From contig JAVCDE010000024.1 in the NCBI GenBank assembly GCA_030765185.1, positions 443,538 to 507,537 of the forward strand: 64,000 bases of DNA, read 5' to 3'. The stretch comes from Candidatus Aceula meridiana (GTDB taxonomy: Bacteria > Omnitrophota > Gorgyraeia > Zapsychrales > Aceulaceae). The notes beneath the pieces were generated by a model. It ran no database searches and was not told where the DNA came from. It was given only the letters and a program-made list of their open reading frames with translations. The translations under genes were made by a program, and so were the position numbers. This document shows positions 46,516-56,820 of the stretch, in pieces (positions within the stretch are counted from its first letter, which is position 1; every line of letters starts with the position of its first letter).

Positions 46516-47175
46516 TCACTCTTGTGATGCCTCTTGTGATGCCGAATCATTCTCTTTCTTTTCGATGGTAACGATGGACTCAGCGATCTCCCTGCTTAAT
46601 GACGCGCAAACCGTACTTAGCGTTTTAGCTAAGCCAGAATAATTCTGCGGTATGATCGGCTGGCGGAATTCTGATCTTTTGATAATCATGATTTTTGTAT
46701 TTTGCACATCAATAACCTGCCATTGCGCGATAAGAAACAGTTCCTTCTGAAGATCGCTATCCAATTGAATAACTTCCACAACCACCTGGTATTTAGCCTC
46801 AATGGCTGAATTCCAAGGATACAAAATAAATTTTGCTCGCGGAAACATAGCTGTAAGATTCTCTCTAATCAGACGCGTCACGCCAAGGCTAAGGGATTCT
46901 CCCCAGCGGTCGAATTCAGAAAATTTGAGCATCTGGTCTTTACCCCTGGTTACAATTTTGGCTCTGTCCTGATATTCCGGGATTTTAACCGGCCCGATAC
47001 CAATAACAAAATCAGAAGTAGCACCTATCTTCTTATTTACTTGATTTTCATATCCAGCCTGAAGCACATAAAACCGCGGCGTTGGGCTATTTGATACTGA
47101 TATGCAACCACCTAAAACCAAGGCAAAACCTACCCCGATAATCATTATGAATGAACGAATCCAAATCTTATTCAT
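46516..47175 (-). CDS. PqiC-like ABC transport auxiliary lipoprotein
   Basis: Lipobox LGGC, RFYVL, GPV.IPEY.DR, RWGE.L. Confidence 0.85.
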   Translation of the reverse strand: MNKIWIRSFIMIIGVGFALVLGGCISVSNSPTPRFYVLQAGYENQVNKKIGATSDFVIGIGPVKIPEYQDRAKIVTRGKDQMLKFSEFDRWGESLSLGVTRLIRENLTAMFPRAKFILYPWNSAIEAKYQVVVEVIQLDSDLQKELFLIAQWQVIDVQNTKIMIIKRSEFRQPIIPQNYSGLAKTLSTVCASLSREIAESIVTIEKKENDSASQEASQE

Positions 47176-47884
47176 CTTGTTCTCCTGTCTTTCCTTTTAA
47201 GATCGCTTCCGGATGCTGCTCAAGATACTCGGTAAGAAACCGAAAAGAACGCATTGATTGTTTTGTCTCTTTAAGAGTTTCAGGTAGTTCGTAAAAACTT
47301 TCCCGTAAATCACTCGAATTTACTAATCTATTGATTTCCTTAGCGATAGCCTCCAAATTTTTGGCAATTTCTTTAATTGGCAATTCATTCATAAGTTCAA
47401 ATATGTCTCCGGAGGTTGGAAGCGTGGGCAATTCCGAATAAGCTTTCGAAATACCCCGTAATTGCACCGGTTCTTCCGGAGAAAAATCAAATGAAATCAT
47501 AAGCTGACCGGTTAAGAAATTCTGCACCTCAATCTTCCCTCGAAGGCCGAACTCAATCATTTTCTCAACTCCGCCTGGTTCGCTAAAGCTTGGAGTTCCC
47601 TCAATGCGGCCTTCTTCAATCTCTATAACAACTGGAAGTATGATGGTCCCGGCCTTTGAATCGTAAATCAGGCTGATATCTTTGACGATACCGATACTAA
47701 CCCCACGAAACATAACAGGGGCTCCTATGGAAAGACCTTTCACAGAACCATCGAAGTACAAAACAAATTTATTTGTCTTTTTAAAAATTGTCCCCGAACC
47801 AAGAACCAATATTCCTATGATCAGTAGTACCAGCGCCCCTACTGCAAATAAACCAATCATTTTTTTGTTAGCTTTTCTGCTCAT
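47168..47884 (-). CDS. MlaD/MCE family protein
   Basis: GSVKGLSIGAPVMFRGV.IG.V; LEQHPEAIL.G. Confidence 0.9.
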   Translation of the reverse strand: MSRKANKKMIGLFAVGALVLLIIGILVLGSGTIFKKTNKFVLYFDGSVKGLSIGAPVMFRGVSIGIVKDISLIYDSKAGTIILPVVIEIEEGRIEGTPSFSEPGGVEKMIEFGLRGKIEVQNFLTGQLMISFDFSPEEPVQLRGISKAYSELPTLPTSGDIFELMNELPIKEIAKNLEAIAKEINRLVNSSDLRESFYELPETLKETKQSMRSFRFLTEYLEQHPEAILKGKTGEQDE

Positions 47885-47887
47885 TAT

Positions 47888-48655
47888 TTAAACTCCTTGC
47901 ATTCTGGCTCTAGTTAAAAACTGAGTGACCCTGGGATCCTTAGAATTAGCCAGCAAATCCTTGGGGTCACCGGTCGCAATCATAGTTCTACTTTCCGCAT
48001 CAAGAAACACGGAATTATTCCCAATGGCAAAAATACTGGCAAGCTCATGCGTAACAACAATTACCGTAGCGCCTAAACCATCTCTTAAGTCAAGAATCAA
48101 GTCATCAAGCTTCCGTGCATTTATTGGGTCAAGTCCAGCAGACGGTTCATCAAAAAGAATAATATCCGGATCAAGTGCAATGGCCCGCGCAAGGCTGGCT
48201 CTTTTACGCATCCCCCCGCTTATTCCCGAGGGGAAAGAATCCACATGTCCTTCCAACCCTACTAACGAAAGTTTAAAATCTACTATTTCCTTTATTTGGC
48301 CGAAAGATAACTTTGTATAAAGCTGTAAAGGAAGCGCAACATTCTCCCCTAAAGTTAAAGAACTCCATAGCGCTCCGCTTTGATAAAGAACTCCAAAACG
48401 CCGCATAATATCATGTTGCCCTTTTTCATCCTCATCCCAAAAACTTTTTCCGGAGTATAAAACCTTACCCTTCGTCGGAGATTTAAGGCCGATCAAGCTC
48501 TTAAGCAAAGTGCTCTTTCCGCATCCGCTGACCCCCATGACAATAAATATATCGCCTTTATTCACACTGAAACTAATATTACTCATCACCGGATTATCGT
48601 TATACCCTAGATCAAGATCCTGCACTTCAACGATTGGCATCTCTGTTAAATTCAT
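47888..48655 (-). CDS. MlaF-like ABC ATPase
   Basis: GVSGCGKS, SGGMRKR, DEPSAGLDP. Confidence 0.92.
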   Translation of the reverse strand: MNLTEMPIVEVQDLDLGYNDNPVMSNISFSVNKGDIFIVMGVSGCGKSTLLKSLIGLKSPTKGKVLYSGKSFWDEDEKGQHDIMRRFGVLYQSGALWSSLTLGENVALPLQLYTKLSFGQIKEIVDFKLSLVGLEGHVDSFPSGISGGMRKRASLARAIALDPDIILFDEPSAGLDPINARKLDDLILDLRDGLGATVIVVTHELASIFAIGNNSVFLDAESRTMIATGDPKDLLANSKDPRVTQFLTRARMQGV

Positions 48656-48658
48656 AAT

Positions 48659-49786
48659 TTACACTCCCAAAACCTGACAAATAAAGGTGATGATGGCAGT
48701 TGCAAAAACAATACCCGTTATTCCAGTAACCACTGCCGAGGTAGTTGCCTTTCCCACGCCGGCTGCGTTCCTTTCACACTCAAGACCGCGCAGACATCCG
48801 GCAAATGCAACAATCACGCCAAAAACAATACTGTGAATAAGGCCAATCCACACATAACTAAGCTTTACAGCCGTTTGAGTATGATTCAAATATTCTACCG
48901 GATTTAGCTTAAGCATCCCCGTGCTAATAATAAAACCACCGAATACGCCCATAAGATCCGCATAGATGGTTAAGATTGGCATCATAATGACTAATGCCAA
49001 AACACGCGGTACAACCAAAAACTCAACAGGAGAAACACCTAAAGTTTTCAGCGCATCAACTTCCTCGTTCGCCTGCATCATCCCCAGTTCCGCCGCGAAA
49101 GACGCCCCGATGCGTCCAGACACAATAATACCGGTCATCACCGCTGCCAATACGCGCACCATGGAGATTCCGACGATATCGGCAATAAAAACTTGAGCCC
49201 CAAGCATTTTAAGTTGTATCGACCCAACAAAGGCAAGGATCATGCCGACTAATAAACTTATCAAAGAAACAAGCAACAAGGTATCGACTCCGCATTTCTG
49301 CACAATGAGAAGAAAATCATCCCAGCGAAAATATACTTTTCCTGCAATCAGACGGATAAAAGAAGCGACGATATCCCCTAAGAAATCAAGCCCTGACGCT
49401 AAGCTTTCCCTGATTTGCAAAACTTTTTCTCCGCATTTCTCAAAAAATGATGCATGAGAAATTTTAGACAAAACTCTTTCTTCATGTACTTTTAAAGCAA
49501 GCGAGAGAAGTTTTTGAGCCCCCTGCGGTAAGTTTTCGCGAACGACAGAAATCTTCCTCTGCTCACACTCCTTGGTCAACTTAAGTAAAAAAGCGATAAG
49601 CCCACTATCCCACTTTAGATCTTCGGAAACATTTATATTGACTTCTGTGACATCAGAATGGCTGGTGAGTTGCGAGGTAACCTCATTTACCGACAGGAGG
49701 CCCGCGGAAATCTGCCAATCTCCGCTTAATTTAATAAAAAGGGTTTTGGGTATTGAATAATCAAGGACAATCTTTTCCGATAGCAT
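48659..49786 (-). CDS. MlaE-like permease with N-terminal STAS-like domain
   Basis: DSG in the STAS-like part; GRIGASFAAELG.M...EE.DAL; GVGKATT.AVV. Confidence 0.9.
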   Translation of the reverse strand: MLSEKIVLDYSIPKTLFIKLSGDWQISAGLLSVNEVTSQLTSHSDVTEVNINVSEDLKWDSGLIAFLLKLTKECEQRKISVVRENLPQGAQKLLSLALKVHEERVLSKISHASFFEKCGEKVLQIRESLASGLDFLGDIVASFIRLIAGKVYFRWDDFLLIVQKCGVDTLLLVSLISLLVGMILAFVGSIQLKMLGAQVFIADIVGISMVRVLAAVMTGIIVSGRIGASFAAELGMMQANEEVDALKTLGVSPVEFLVVPRVLALVIMMPILTIYADLMGVFGGFIISTGMLKLNPVEYLNHTQTAVKLSYVWIGLIHSIVFGVIVAFAGCLRGLECERNAAGVGKATTSAVVTGITGIVFATAIITFICQVLGV

Positions 49787-49792
49787 GGTACC

Positions 49793-49836
49793 TTTATAGC
49801 AGCTACTAGAATAAAAGCAATTGTACCTGGGTATAA
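49793..49836 (-). promoter_or_regulatory. Operator-promoter module 2 (mlaE possibly leaderless)
   Basis: Minus strand TTATAC-CCAG-GTACAA, TTGCTT, 16 nt, TATAAA, 6 nt, ATG. Confidence 0.6.
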
Positions 49837-49897
49837 TACCGGCTTTTTAAGAAAACTTTGGAAAAGATATTTTGGAAAAGAATGGACTAAGGAATGT

Positions 49898-50522
49898 TTA
49901 TTCTTTGGAAGAGACAAGCCCGACTTTTTTGGCAAAACCGATGAGTTCGGTAATAGTCTTGGCTTGCATTTTCTGCATGACACGAGAACGGTGAACTTTG
50001 ATTGTTTGTAGGGCTGTCCCTAATTTTCGGGCAACCTGCTTACTCAACATCCCCGTGGCCACTAAACGGAAAACTTCAAGTTCTCTAGGCGAAAGAGTTT
50101 TGATGCGACGCCATATTTTATCAATTTCGGCTTGTTCTTTGTTTATAATTTTATCTCTTGCAATCGCACGATCGATAGCCTCCAGCAGATCTTTATCAGT
50201 GAAAGGTTTGGGTAGGAAATCTACGGCCCCCCCTCATCGCTTTCACGCTTTTGGGAATACTCCCGTGTCCTGAAATGAAAATAATAGGAATGGTGAGGCC
50301 TCGCACCTTCAATGCTTCCTGAAGAGCAAGTCCATCCATATGCGGAAGACGTAAGTCCAAGATCAAGCAAGAGGTAACTTTTGGATGTTTAAAAGCCAAA
50401 AAATCTGCTGCGCTTGAAAACGCCTCGACAATAAACCCGTGTGCTTTCAACAATAACTTCAAGGCCCGGCGCACAGAAAGATCATCATCAACAACATAAA
50501 TAATAAGATTACGATTGGTCAT
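49898..50522 (-). pseudogene. FixJ-like response regulator (REC-LuxR HTH) frameshifted in a G7 tract at 50227-50233
   Basis: REC domain up to SVKAMR; another frame continues AVDFLPKPF...LSPRELEV...TIKVHRSRVMQKM* to 49898. Confidence 0.85.
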
Positions 50523-51916
50523 AACGCATCCTTTATCCCTGTGCTTTTCGCAGATATCACAGGAATAGTGAAATAAAAAGTCGCGCCACGATCAGGATTA
50601 TTCTTAGCTTCTAAACGTCCACCATGAGCTTCAACAATAGAACGGCTGATAGACAACCCCATACCCAAGCCATCAAGCTTGCTGGTAAAAAAGTGTTTAA
50701 AGAGCTTTTTCATGTTCTCTACCGGAATGCCACATCCGGAATCCTCGAGTTCCACCATAATCGTATTAGAATTCTTACGCGATGTGCGAATCATGAGTTG
50801 ACGAGATTCATCGCGAGATTCCATCGCGTCCAAACTGTTACTTATCAGATTCAGAAGAACCTGTTGCAATTGGATTCGATCACCGCGTATAAGAGGAAGC
50901 TTCTTAGCTAACTCAACTTTAACGACCTTATTCCTTACAGTAACATCTGTCGTAATAAGAACAACCGTTTCATTAACAATCGCGTTCATATCAAGAGGCT
51001 TAAATTCAGGATCGCTTTTCTTCAATAAAGACCTAAGCCGCCGGATGACCTCCGACGCCCGCTGGTCATCATTAACGATGTATTGTAAGATTTCTTGGAG
51101 CTGAGGTTCCCTTCCTGCAAACATGCGTTGTGCAGCTTGAGTGTACGAAAGAATGGCCGTTAAGGGCTGGCTGATTTCATGAGCGAGGGATGAAACAAAT
51201 TCGGCAAGTTTTCCCACTCTCGTGACATGCAAAAGGTCTTCACGTTGTTCTTTGATTTCTAAATCCTTCTGTCGCATGGATGTAACATCCGTCTGAATCC
51301 CCGCATAATGGGTAACGATGCCGTTTGCATCACGAACAGGAGCAATGCGCAGGTAATTCCAGAAATTCTCTCCGTTTTTCCGAAAATTAAGCATCTCTCC
51401 ATGAAAAGATTTGTCCTGATGTAAAGTGTTTTTTATTTCTTCAGCGATTCTCGGGTCAGCAGCAGCTCCGTAAAGCAAAAAGTAGTTTTGCCCGACGATG
51501 TCTTTCTTGGGCATACCTATCATCATATGGAATGCTTGATTGGAGTAAATAATCGGAAAATCAGTCTTTTGAGCATCGATAATAAAAATGCCATCCGATA
51601 CCGAGTCCATGACCTTGGTGCGAATGTAGACCTGCTCTTCTGATAGTTTTTCTTTGTCGATCCATGCTTTTATTTGTCCATTCTTAATTTTTAGCTCATC
51701 CGCCTGGTGGCTGACCATCGTGGTTAGATCATTATGCGTTTTATCTTTATCAGAAACCCGCCTAGAACAATGCTGACGATCCTCATTGCCAGATTTTTTC
51801 TCCAAAATCGGCTTTTTTGCTTTCTTTTGCCCACTAGCACTCGATTTTTTCTTACTCTTTTTCAAACTCTGTAGCTTTCGCTTGGAATCAGTAATTTTCT
51901 TAGAGGATGTTTTCAT
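50519..51916 (-). CDS. FixL-like PAS sensor histidine kinase
   Basis: LAHEISQPL, QVLLNLISN, DSGCG, GLGMGL; LOV-like PAS; Lys-rich N-terminus. Confidence 0.9.
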   Translation of the reverse strand: MKTSSKKITDSKRKLQSLKKSKKKSSASGQKKAKKPILEKKSGNEDRQHCSRRVSDKDKTHNDLTTMVSHQADELKIKNGQIKAWIDKEKLSEEQVYIRTKVMDSVSDGIFIIDAQKTDFPIIYSNQAFHMMIGMPKKDIVGQNYFLLYGAAADPRIAEEIKNTLHQDKSFHGEMLNFRKNGENFWNYLRIAPVRDANGIVTHYAGIQTDVTSMRQKDLEIKEQREDLLHVTRVGKLAEFVSSLAHEISQPLTAILSYTQAAQRMFAGREPQLQEILQYIVNDDQRASEVIRRLRSLLKKSDPEFKPLDMNAIVNETVVLITTDVTVRNKVVKVELAKKLPLIRGDRIQLQQVLLNLISNSLDAMESRDESRQLMIRTSRKNSNTIMVELEDSGCGIPVENMKKLFKHFFTSKLDGLGMGLSISRSIVEAHGGRLEAKNNPDRGATFYFTIPVISAKSTGIKDAL

Positions 51917-52049
51917 TTTTGATTCTTCTAATTCACTAGAATTGATATTTTAAATTATAACTCTGCGAATAAAATTATACAACTTATTATAAAAAACATG
52001 AATTATCTGAAAATTGAACCGAAATGCTTTCAAGCCTGATCAAATGGGG

Positions 52050-52272
52050 TTATGGAGTCCCACGACTAAAGTCGTGGTCCCTTCTAATGACCCGGCTTCA
52101 CTCCAAAGCTTCCCCCTGAACCATGTGCAAGCTTAGGTGTAGGGTTCGCTTGGGAGCTTCGCAGGGTTATCCATCCAGAAAAAGGCGAACATCCTCCGAA
52201 GCAGAAAATGCCTTATATTTTATTCACATACACCCACGGGCAATCCCGTGATTTTCTGCGAAGGATGGATAA
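52050..52272. mobile_element. Non-autonomous IS200/IS605-like palindromic element (or structured ncRNA)
   Basis: Subterminal hairpins CCACGACTAAAGTCGTGG and CACGGGCAATCCCGTG, nested stems, no ORF. Confidence 0.55.
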
Positions 52273-52544
52273 GAACTGACTTTTTCAATGCCCAGATCAA
52301 CAAGCCCGCCCTTAATTAAAAGGCGGGCGCCATTTATACCAAACATGAAATGCCGTGGTATCAACAAAGATTTAAACCTTAAGTATTTGTGCCTGAGCAA
52401 CCAACGTCTTAAACGTTCGCCTAGATTTTACTTAACTCTCTTCTAGTCTTTCTCTATGATGTCTACATTGAACGGACAGATTGTTTTTGGCAAACTATCA
52501 TCACCTTGCGAAAATCAAAAACGTGCTTCAAGCCTTTTAATTTT

Positions 52545-54908
52545 TTAACTCTTGTTAGATATTCTATCAAGAAGAAACTCTATGTGTTTCATATCAAAAA
52601 TTAATATTTCAAGAAAAACAAAAACAAAAACAATACTCATCACAAGACAAAACATGAAAATAAAAATATTCAAGCTTGATCTCAAGCCGTCATAAAAAAA
52701 GAAACGCACAAGACTTTTGCCCTTCCCGACATGAACTGCTTTAAAAGCCAAGTAGGCCTCATAAATATTCACCTTTTTCCCATTGACAGTCGCATGCCAT
52801 CCCGGATGAAACGCATCCGCATAAACAAGCCAAGCTCCTGCCTCATCGACGACGTTCGTTTCTATTGTTATCTCATTTGAGCTAAATTTTATTACCTTAA
52901 TGTTCTGCCTAATCTCCGAATTCGATTTGCTATTTGCCGTAGAACGCGTTCTTTCATCCACTCCTCTCAGTATGACAGTATTTTCTAAGTCATGATGTTC
53001 TTGAATTTGTTTTCTCGCGTCCTCGATCGTATCGCAAAAGGCTGCCCTGGAAACAAGCCGTAATTTTGGATGATGCCATCCTAGTATTTTACGAAAAGAA
53101 GGATTCGAGGGGTTTGAGATCTTCAGCAACCTATCGACCCTTTCAGACAAAAAATATGCTTTGCTTTGATCAACAACCATGCAACGGTCAATTTGAATAA
53201 AATTACTATCCTGTTGATACGGCCCTCCAAACCCTTCTTTGCGCCTCATCAGTTTCTGAGCTTTTTTTTGTCTTTCAAGAAACGGCTCCAGGACCCGCGC
53301 TTCCTGAAACTGGGGCTGATTAACCTCAACACTTTCTAACAATATTTGGTTGGTCCTTAAAAATTTTGGAGCATTGTGATACGCTGTCCACTGAAAAGAA
53401 AAAAGATCCAAGCAAAAAGGAATAGTCAAAGATAGGACAATAAGACCATAAATAAAACTATCTTTCTTTTCTCTGCCGATTCCTTTTTTCTTAGAAATAA
53501 AATTTGTTATTACTGCCATTATAAAAAGAAAGGAAAAGGAAAGAAAATACCTCCCTACGGTGGGAATGAACTCTCTTAAACCTTCCGGCATTAAATTCAT
53601 TGCTTTAAGCTTTTCAACCACAGGCGGATCCAGCAAGCTAATCAGTACATATCTTGATATCGAAAGAACGTCAAATACAAATACAAAAACCGCCAAAATA
53701 ATGAAAAAATATCCCAGCTTTTCTCTTGCCCTCACTTTCCAAAAATAATCCAGCCCGAAACCCGCACAAATCAAAATTAAAATTTTTATAATTCCGTAAA
53801 CAAAACCAATGTGTCGATAGAGATGCATTGCGGGAAAGAAATACACGCCTGCCGAAAAAAATCCCCCGAAAGAAAACCAAAAAACAGAAATAAGAACGCT
53901 AAGAAATGCCAAAAATAAAATATTTCTCACTTTCAGCAAAGACCAGACAAAAAAGACCAGCGGCAACAATCCTATATAAACGGTGCTGTTAAATTTTCCC
54001 GTTGAAGATAAGAACAAAGAGCCCTGAAAAAAGAAGTGCTGAATAATGTCTTTAAGCTGTGCCGGGCCGCCATAATTTAGAAATGTAAAAAGAGAAGTCG
54101 TGCCGGTGGCAAAGTCTCGCTGGGTCAAGTAGAGCGAGGTTTCATGCGATATCATCTTTCCACAAAGAATGCAAGCAACTGAGATAACGACAAAAGATAA
54201 AAATAAAAAAATATTAGAAAAAGATTTTAAAAAAAGACAGCGCCAAAAACGTTTATACTTCAGGCATAATACAACGAAAAAAACAAAAAGAAGAAAAAGC
54301 CATAATCCTACAAAATACAAAACCGTCCCCCCAACCCAGGCGCTGAGCATAACTATGCCGCTGATCCATAAGAATTCCGGACGTTCTTTCTTGAAAAACA
54401 AGACGATAAAATAAAATGCCCAGGGAAGCAGGTAATAAATATAAAAATTGAATTCTATCTGGGAAAACCAAACCGTGCTCATGGTTGCGCCCAGGCAGGT
54501 TAGAAACGCGGTGCTCCTTCGCGAATAAATCAAGCGCGAAAGCAAATACATGCCTGATAAAAATACCATCTGATTAGCTAAAATCGAAAGCTTAAAAATA
54601 AACAGAGCACTTTTTATTTTTAAGAAAAAGCCAATAAGGGCCGCGAGATACCCCATGGGCGTCACATTATGAATCTGCAGTAATGTCCCGGGAAACCCAT
54701 AGCTGTGAAAGGGCAACCACAAGGCTAGGTCTTTATTAAAGAATAATTCGCTATAAAAATAATGAAACACACCAAAAATGGTCTGCGTGTCATGCAGGGG
54801 GAAAAAATGCTTTTGGAAATACGGATAATTAAAGACCAACAAGAAGGATACAAGGATTAAAAAGTCACACTTTTTAAAATAGCGATATAATAATTTAAAA
54901 TTCCTCAA
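52545..54908 (-). CDS. YfhO-like polytopic membrane protein (putative GT-C)
   Basis: LWLPF..YG.P, many TMs, DAFHPGWHATVNGK...AYLAFKAV. Confidence 0.75.
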   Translation of the reverse strand: MRNFKLLYRYFKKCDFLILVSFLLVFNYPYFQKHFFPLHDTQTIFGVFHYFYSELFFNKDLALWLPFHSYGFPGTLLQIHNVTPMGYLAALIGFFLKIKSALFIFKLSILANQMVFLSGMYLLSRLIYSRRSTAFLTCLGATMSTVWFSQIEFNFYIYYLLPWAFYFIVLFFKKERPEFLWISGIVMLSAWVGGTVLYFVGLWLFLLFVFFVVLCLKYKRFWRCLFLKSFSNIFLFLSFVVISVACILCGKMISHETSLYLTQRDFATGTTSLFTFLNYGGPAQLKDIIQHFFFQGSLFLSSTGKFNSTVYIGLLPLVFFVWSLLKVRNILFLAFLSVLISVFWFSFGGFFSAGVYFFPAMHLYRHIGFVYGIIKILILICAGFGLDYFWKVRAREKLGYFFIILAVFVFVFDVLSISRYVLISLLDPPVVEKLKAMNLMPEGLREFIPTVGRYFLSFSFLFIMAVITNFISKKKGIGREKKDSFIYGLIVLSLTIPFCLDLFSFQWTAYHNAPKFLRTNQILLESVEVNQPQFQEARVLEPFLERQKKAQKLMRRKEGFGGPYQQDSNFIQIDRCMVVDQSKAYFLSERVDRLLKISNPSNPSFRKILGWHHPKLRLVSRAAFCDTIEDARKQIQEHHDLENTVILRGVDERTRSTANSKSNSEIRQNIKVIKFSSNEITIETNVVDEAGAWLVYADAFHPGWHATVNGKKVNIYEAYLAFKAVHVGKGKSLVRFFFYDGLRSSLNIFIFMFCLVMSIVFVFVFLEILIFDMKHIEFLLDRISNKS

Positions 54909-54928
54909 AAAAATTCTCCCTTAAAAAT

Positions 54929-55885
54929 CTACTTATCAAAATTTATCCTCTCTCTTTCGATCACGAGGGGTCGTTTTCTTACCTGAAAATGAATAGCGCA
55001 GATATATTCGCCCAAAATACCCAAAAAAACAAGCTGAATCCCTGAAAGGAAAAACAGTGCGACAATCAGCGTCGGAATTCCAGACGGAGCGTTTCCACCA
55101 TTAAAAAACAAAACCGTAATCAAAGAAAAGATTGCATACACAATAGATGCAAAAGAAATAAACAGCCCGGCGATGATGGCCACTCTCATAGGCAAAAAAG
55201 AAAAAGAAATGAGGTCGTTGAGGCCTTCGTCAAAAAGATGATAAAAAGTGTTTTTAGACATCCCCTTCTTCCTCTTTCTCCACTCCAGATCAACACCGAT
55301 AGATTTAAACCCACAGCTGGCAATCATTCCCCTGATGCTCGGATAATAATCATCAAATTGCTTTAAGGCCTGCAGAACTTTCTTGTCAATAAGCTGAAAG
55401 GCGTTGGCATGAAACGGAATGCTGATATATGAAAATTTACGAACGATATGGTAGTAGAAATTTCTTATCATTCTCATTATAATGTTTTCCCTGCGTACTT
55501 TTCTTACGCCAAAAACGACCTCATAACCCTCTTCCCATTTCTTTACAAATTCAATAATGGCCTCCGGGGGATCCTGCAAATCCGCGGCCAGCAAAACAAC
55601 AACGGCATCCCCCGAAGCGTTCATCAGCCCGTTAAAGGTCGATCGAAGGATTCCAAAATTCCTTGAATTAATAATTACTTTAATATTTTTGTCTTTTTGA
55701 GAAATTTCTCTGAGAGCGTTTACCGTATTATCCGTCGATCCATTATCGCAAAAAATATGCTCATATTCATATTGCGCGAGTTCCTCTTTGAATATTAACT
55801 GTACTTTTTCATAGCAATCAAAGATATTTGATTCTTCGTTAAAAACCGGAGTAATCACGCTTATAAATTTTTTTTCGCTTTCCAT
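54929..55885 (-). CDS. GT2, GtrB/bactoprenol glycosyltransferase-like
   Basis: PVFNEE, DNGSTD, SRNFG, ADLQDPP, two C-terminal TMs, GEY. Confidence 0.9.
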   Translation of the reverse strand: MESEKKFISVITPVFNEESNIFDCYEKVQLIFKEELAQYEYEHIFCDNGSTDNTVNALREISQKDKNIKVIINSRNFGILRSTFNGLMNASGDAVVVLLAADLQDPPEAIIEFVKKWEEGYEVVFGVRKVRRENIIMRMIRNFYYHIVRKFSYISIPFHANAFQLIDKKVLQALKQFDDYYPSIRGMIASCGFKSIGVDLEWRKRKKGMSKNTFYHLFDEGLNDLISFSFLPMRVAIIAGLFISFASIVYAIFSLITVLFFNGGNAPSGIPTLIVALFFLSGIQLVFLGILGEYICAIHFQVRKRPLVIERERINFDK

Positions 55886-55905
55886 TATAGTCCCACGCTT
55901 TCTAT

Positions 55906-56820
55906 TTATTTACACATCGTTAATGCCGTCTGAACAATATTTTCATCCGAGATACCTTGTCGACGGCAAAGGTACTCCTGGCTTCCGGAAACATCAATTT
56001 CATTTTGCCTTAAATAAAGGCAAACAAATTTCAAAGGCTTTCCCGCCATTGCCAAGACTTCTGATACCACAGCAGCCAAGCCGCCTGCACCATGCTCTTC
56101 TATTGTCATAACTCTTCCCGTTGCCAAGGCCCACTTGAGTAACGACTCCTTGTCTAGAGGTGAGAGTGTGTGCATGCTCAAAACCGTGGCGCTGATGTTT
56201 TTACGTTTTAGCTCTTGCGCGGCCTTCACGGTTTTTTCCAATACGCCCCCTGTGCTAATCAACGTTATATCCGAGCCTTCGCTCAATATAAGGGCTTTGC
56301 CAATTTGAAATTCTGGCTCGTTTTCATATACTTTTAATTCCTGTGTTTTACCCAGCCTTAAATAACATGGCCCCCTCTGCCTGAGAATGTCCCGTAGCGC
56401 TAATCTGGTCTCCACGGGGTCTCCCGGAGCGATCACCGTCAAGCCGGGCAAAACGCGCATGACTGCCAAATCTTCCAGGCCGTAATGAGAATAGCCCTGG
56501 CTTCCATATGACAATCCGCCCCCGACCGAAACTATGGTAACCGGCAAGGAATGATAGCAGATATCATTTCGTATCTGCTCGAAACATCTTAAAGTCGGAA
56601 AATTGGCAATTGAATAAATAAAAACACGGTATCCTTCGTAGGCAAGGCCGGCCGCCACTCCTGCCATATTTTGTTCGGCGATTCCCGCATTTAAAAATCT
56701 TTCCGGAAACTCTTCCACAAACGGCTCAATCACGGAAAAGCCTAAGTCTCCGACGATAAGAAATATATCGGGATGAATCCGCGCCTGGGCAACAAGCTCC
56801 TGAATAAACGCCTTACGCAT
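55906..56820 (-). CDS. Transketolase-like C-terminal subunit
   Basis: NAGIAEQNM, RCFEQIRND, GPCYLRL, TIEEH. Confidence 0.9.
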   Translation of the reverse strand: MRKAFIQELVAQARIHPDIFLIVGDLGFSVIEPFVEEFPERFLNAGIAEQNMAGVAAGLAYEGYRVFIYSIANFPTLRCFEQIRNDICYHSLPVTIVSVGGGLSYGSQGYSHYGLEDLAVMRVLPGLTVIAPGDPVETRLALRDILRQRGPCYLRLGKTQELKVYENEPEFQIGKALILSEGSDITLISTGGVLEKTVKAAQELKRKNISATVLSMHTLSPLDKESLLKWALATGRVMTIEEHGAGGLAAVVSEVLAMAGKPLKFVCLYLRQNEIDVSGSQEYLCRRQGISDENIVQTALTMCK

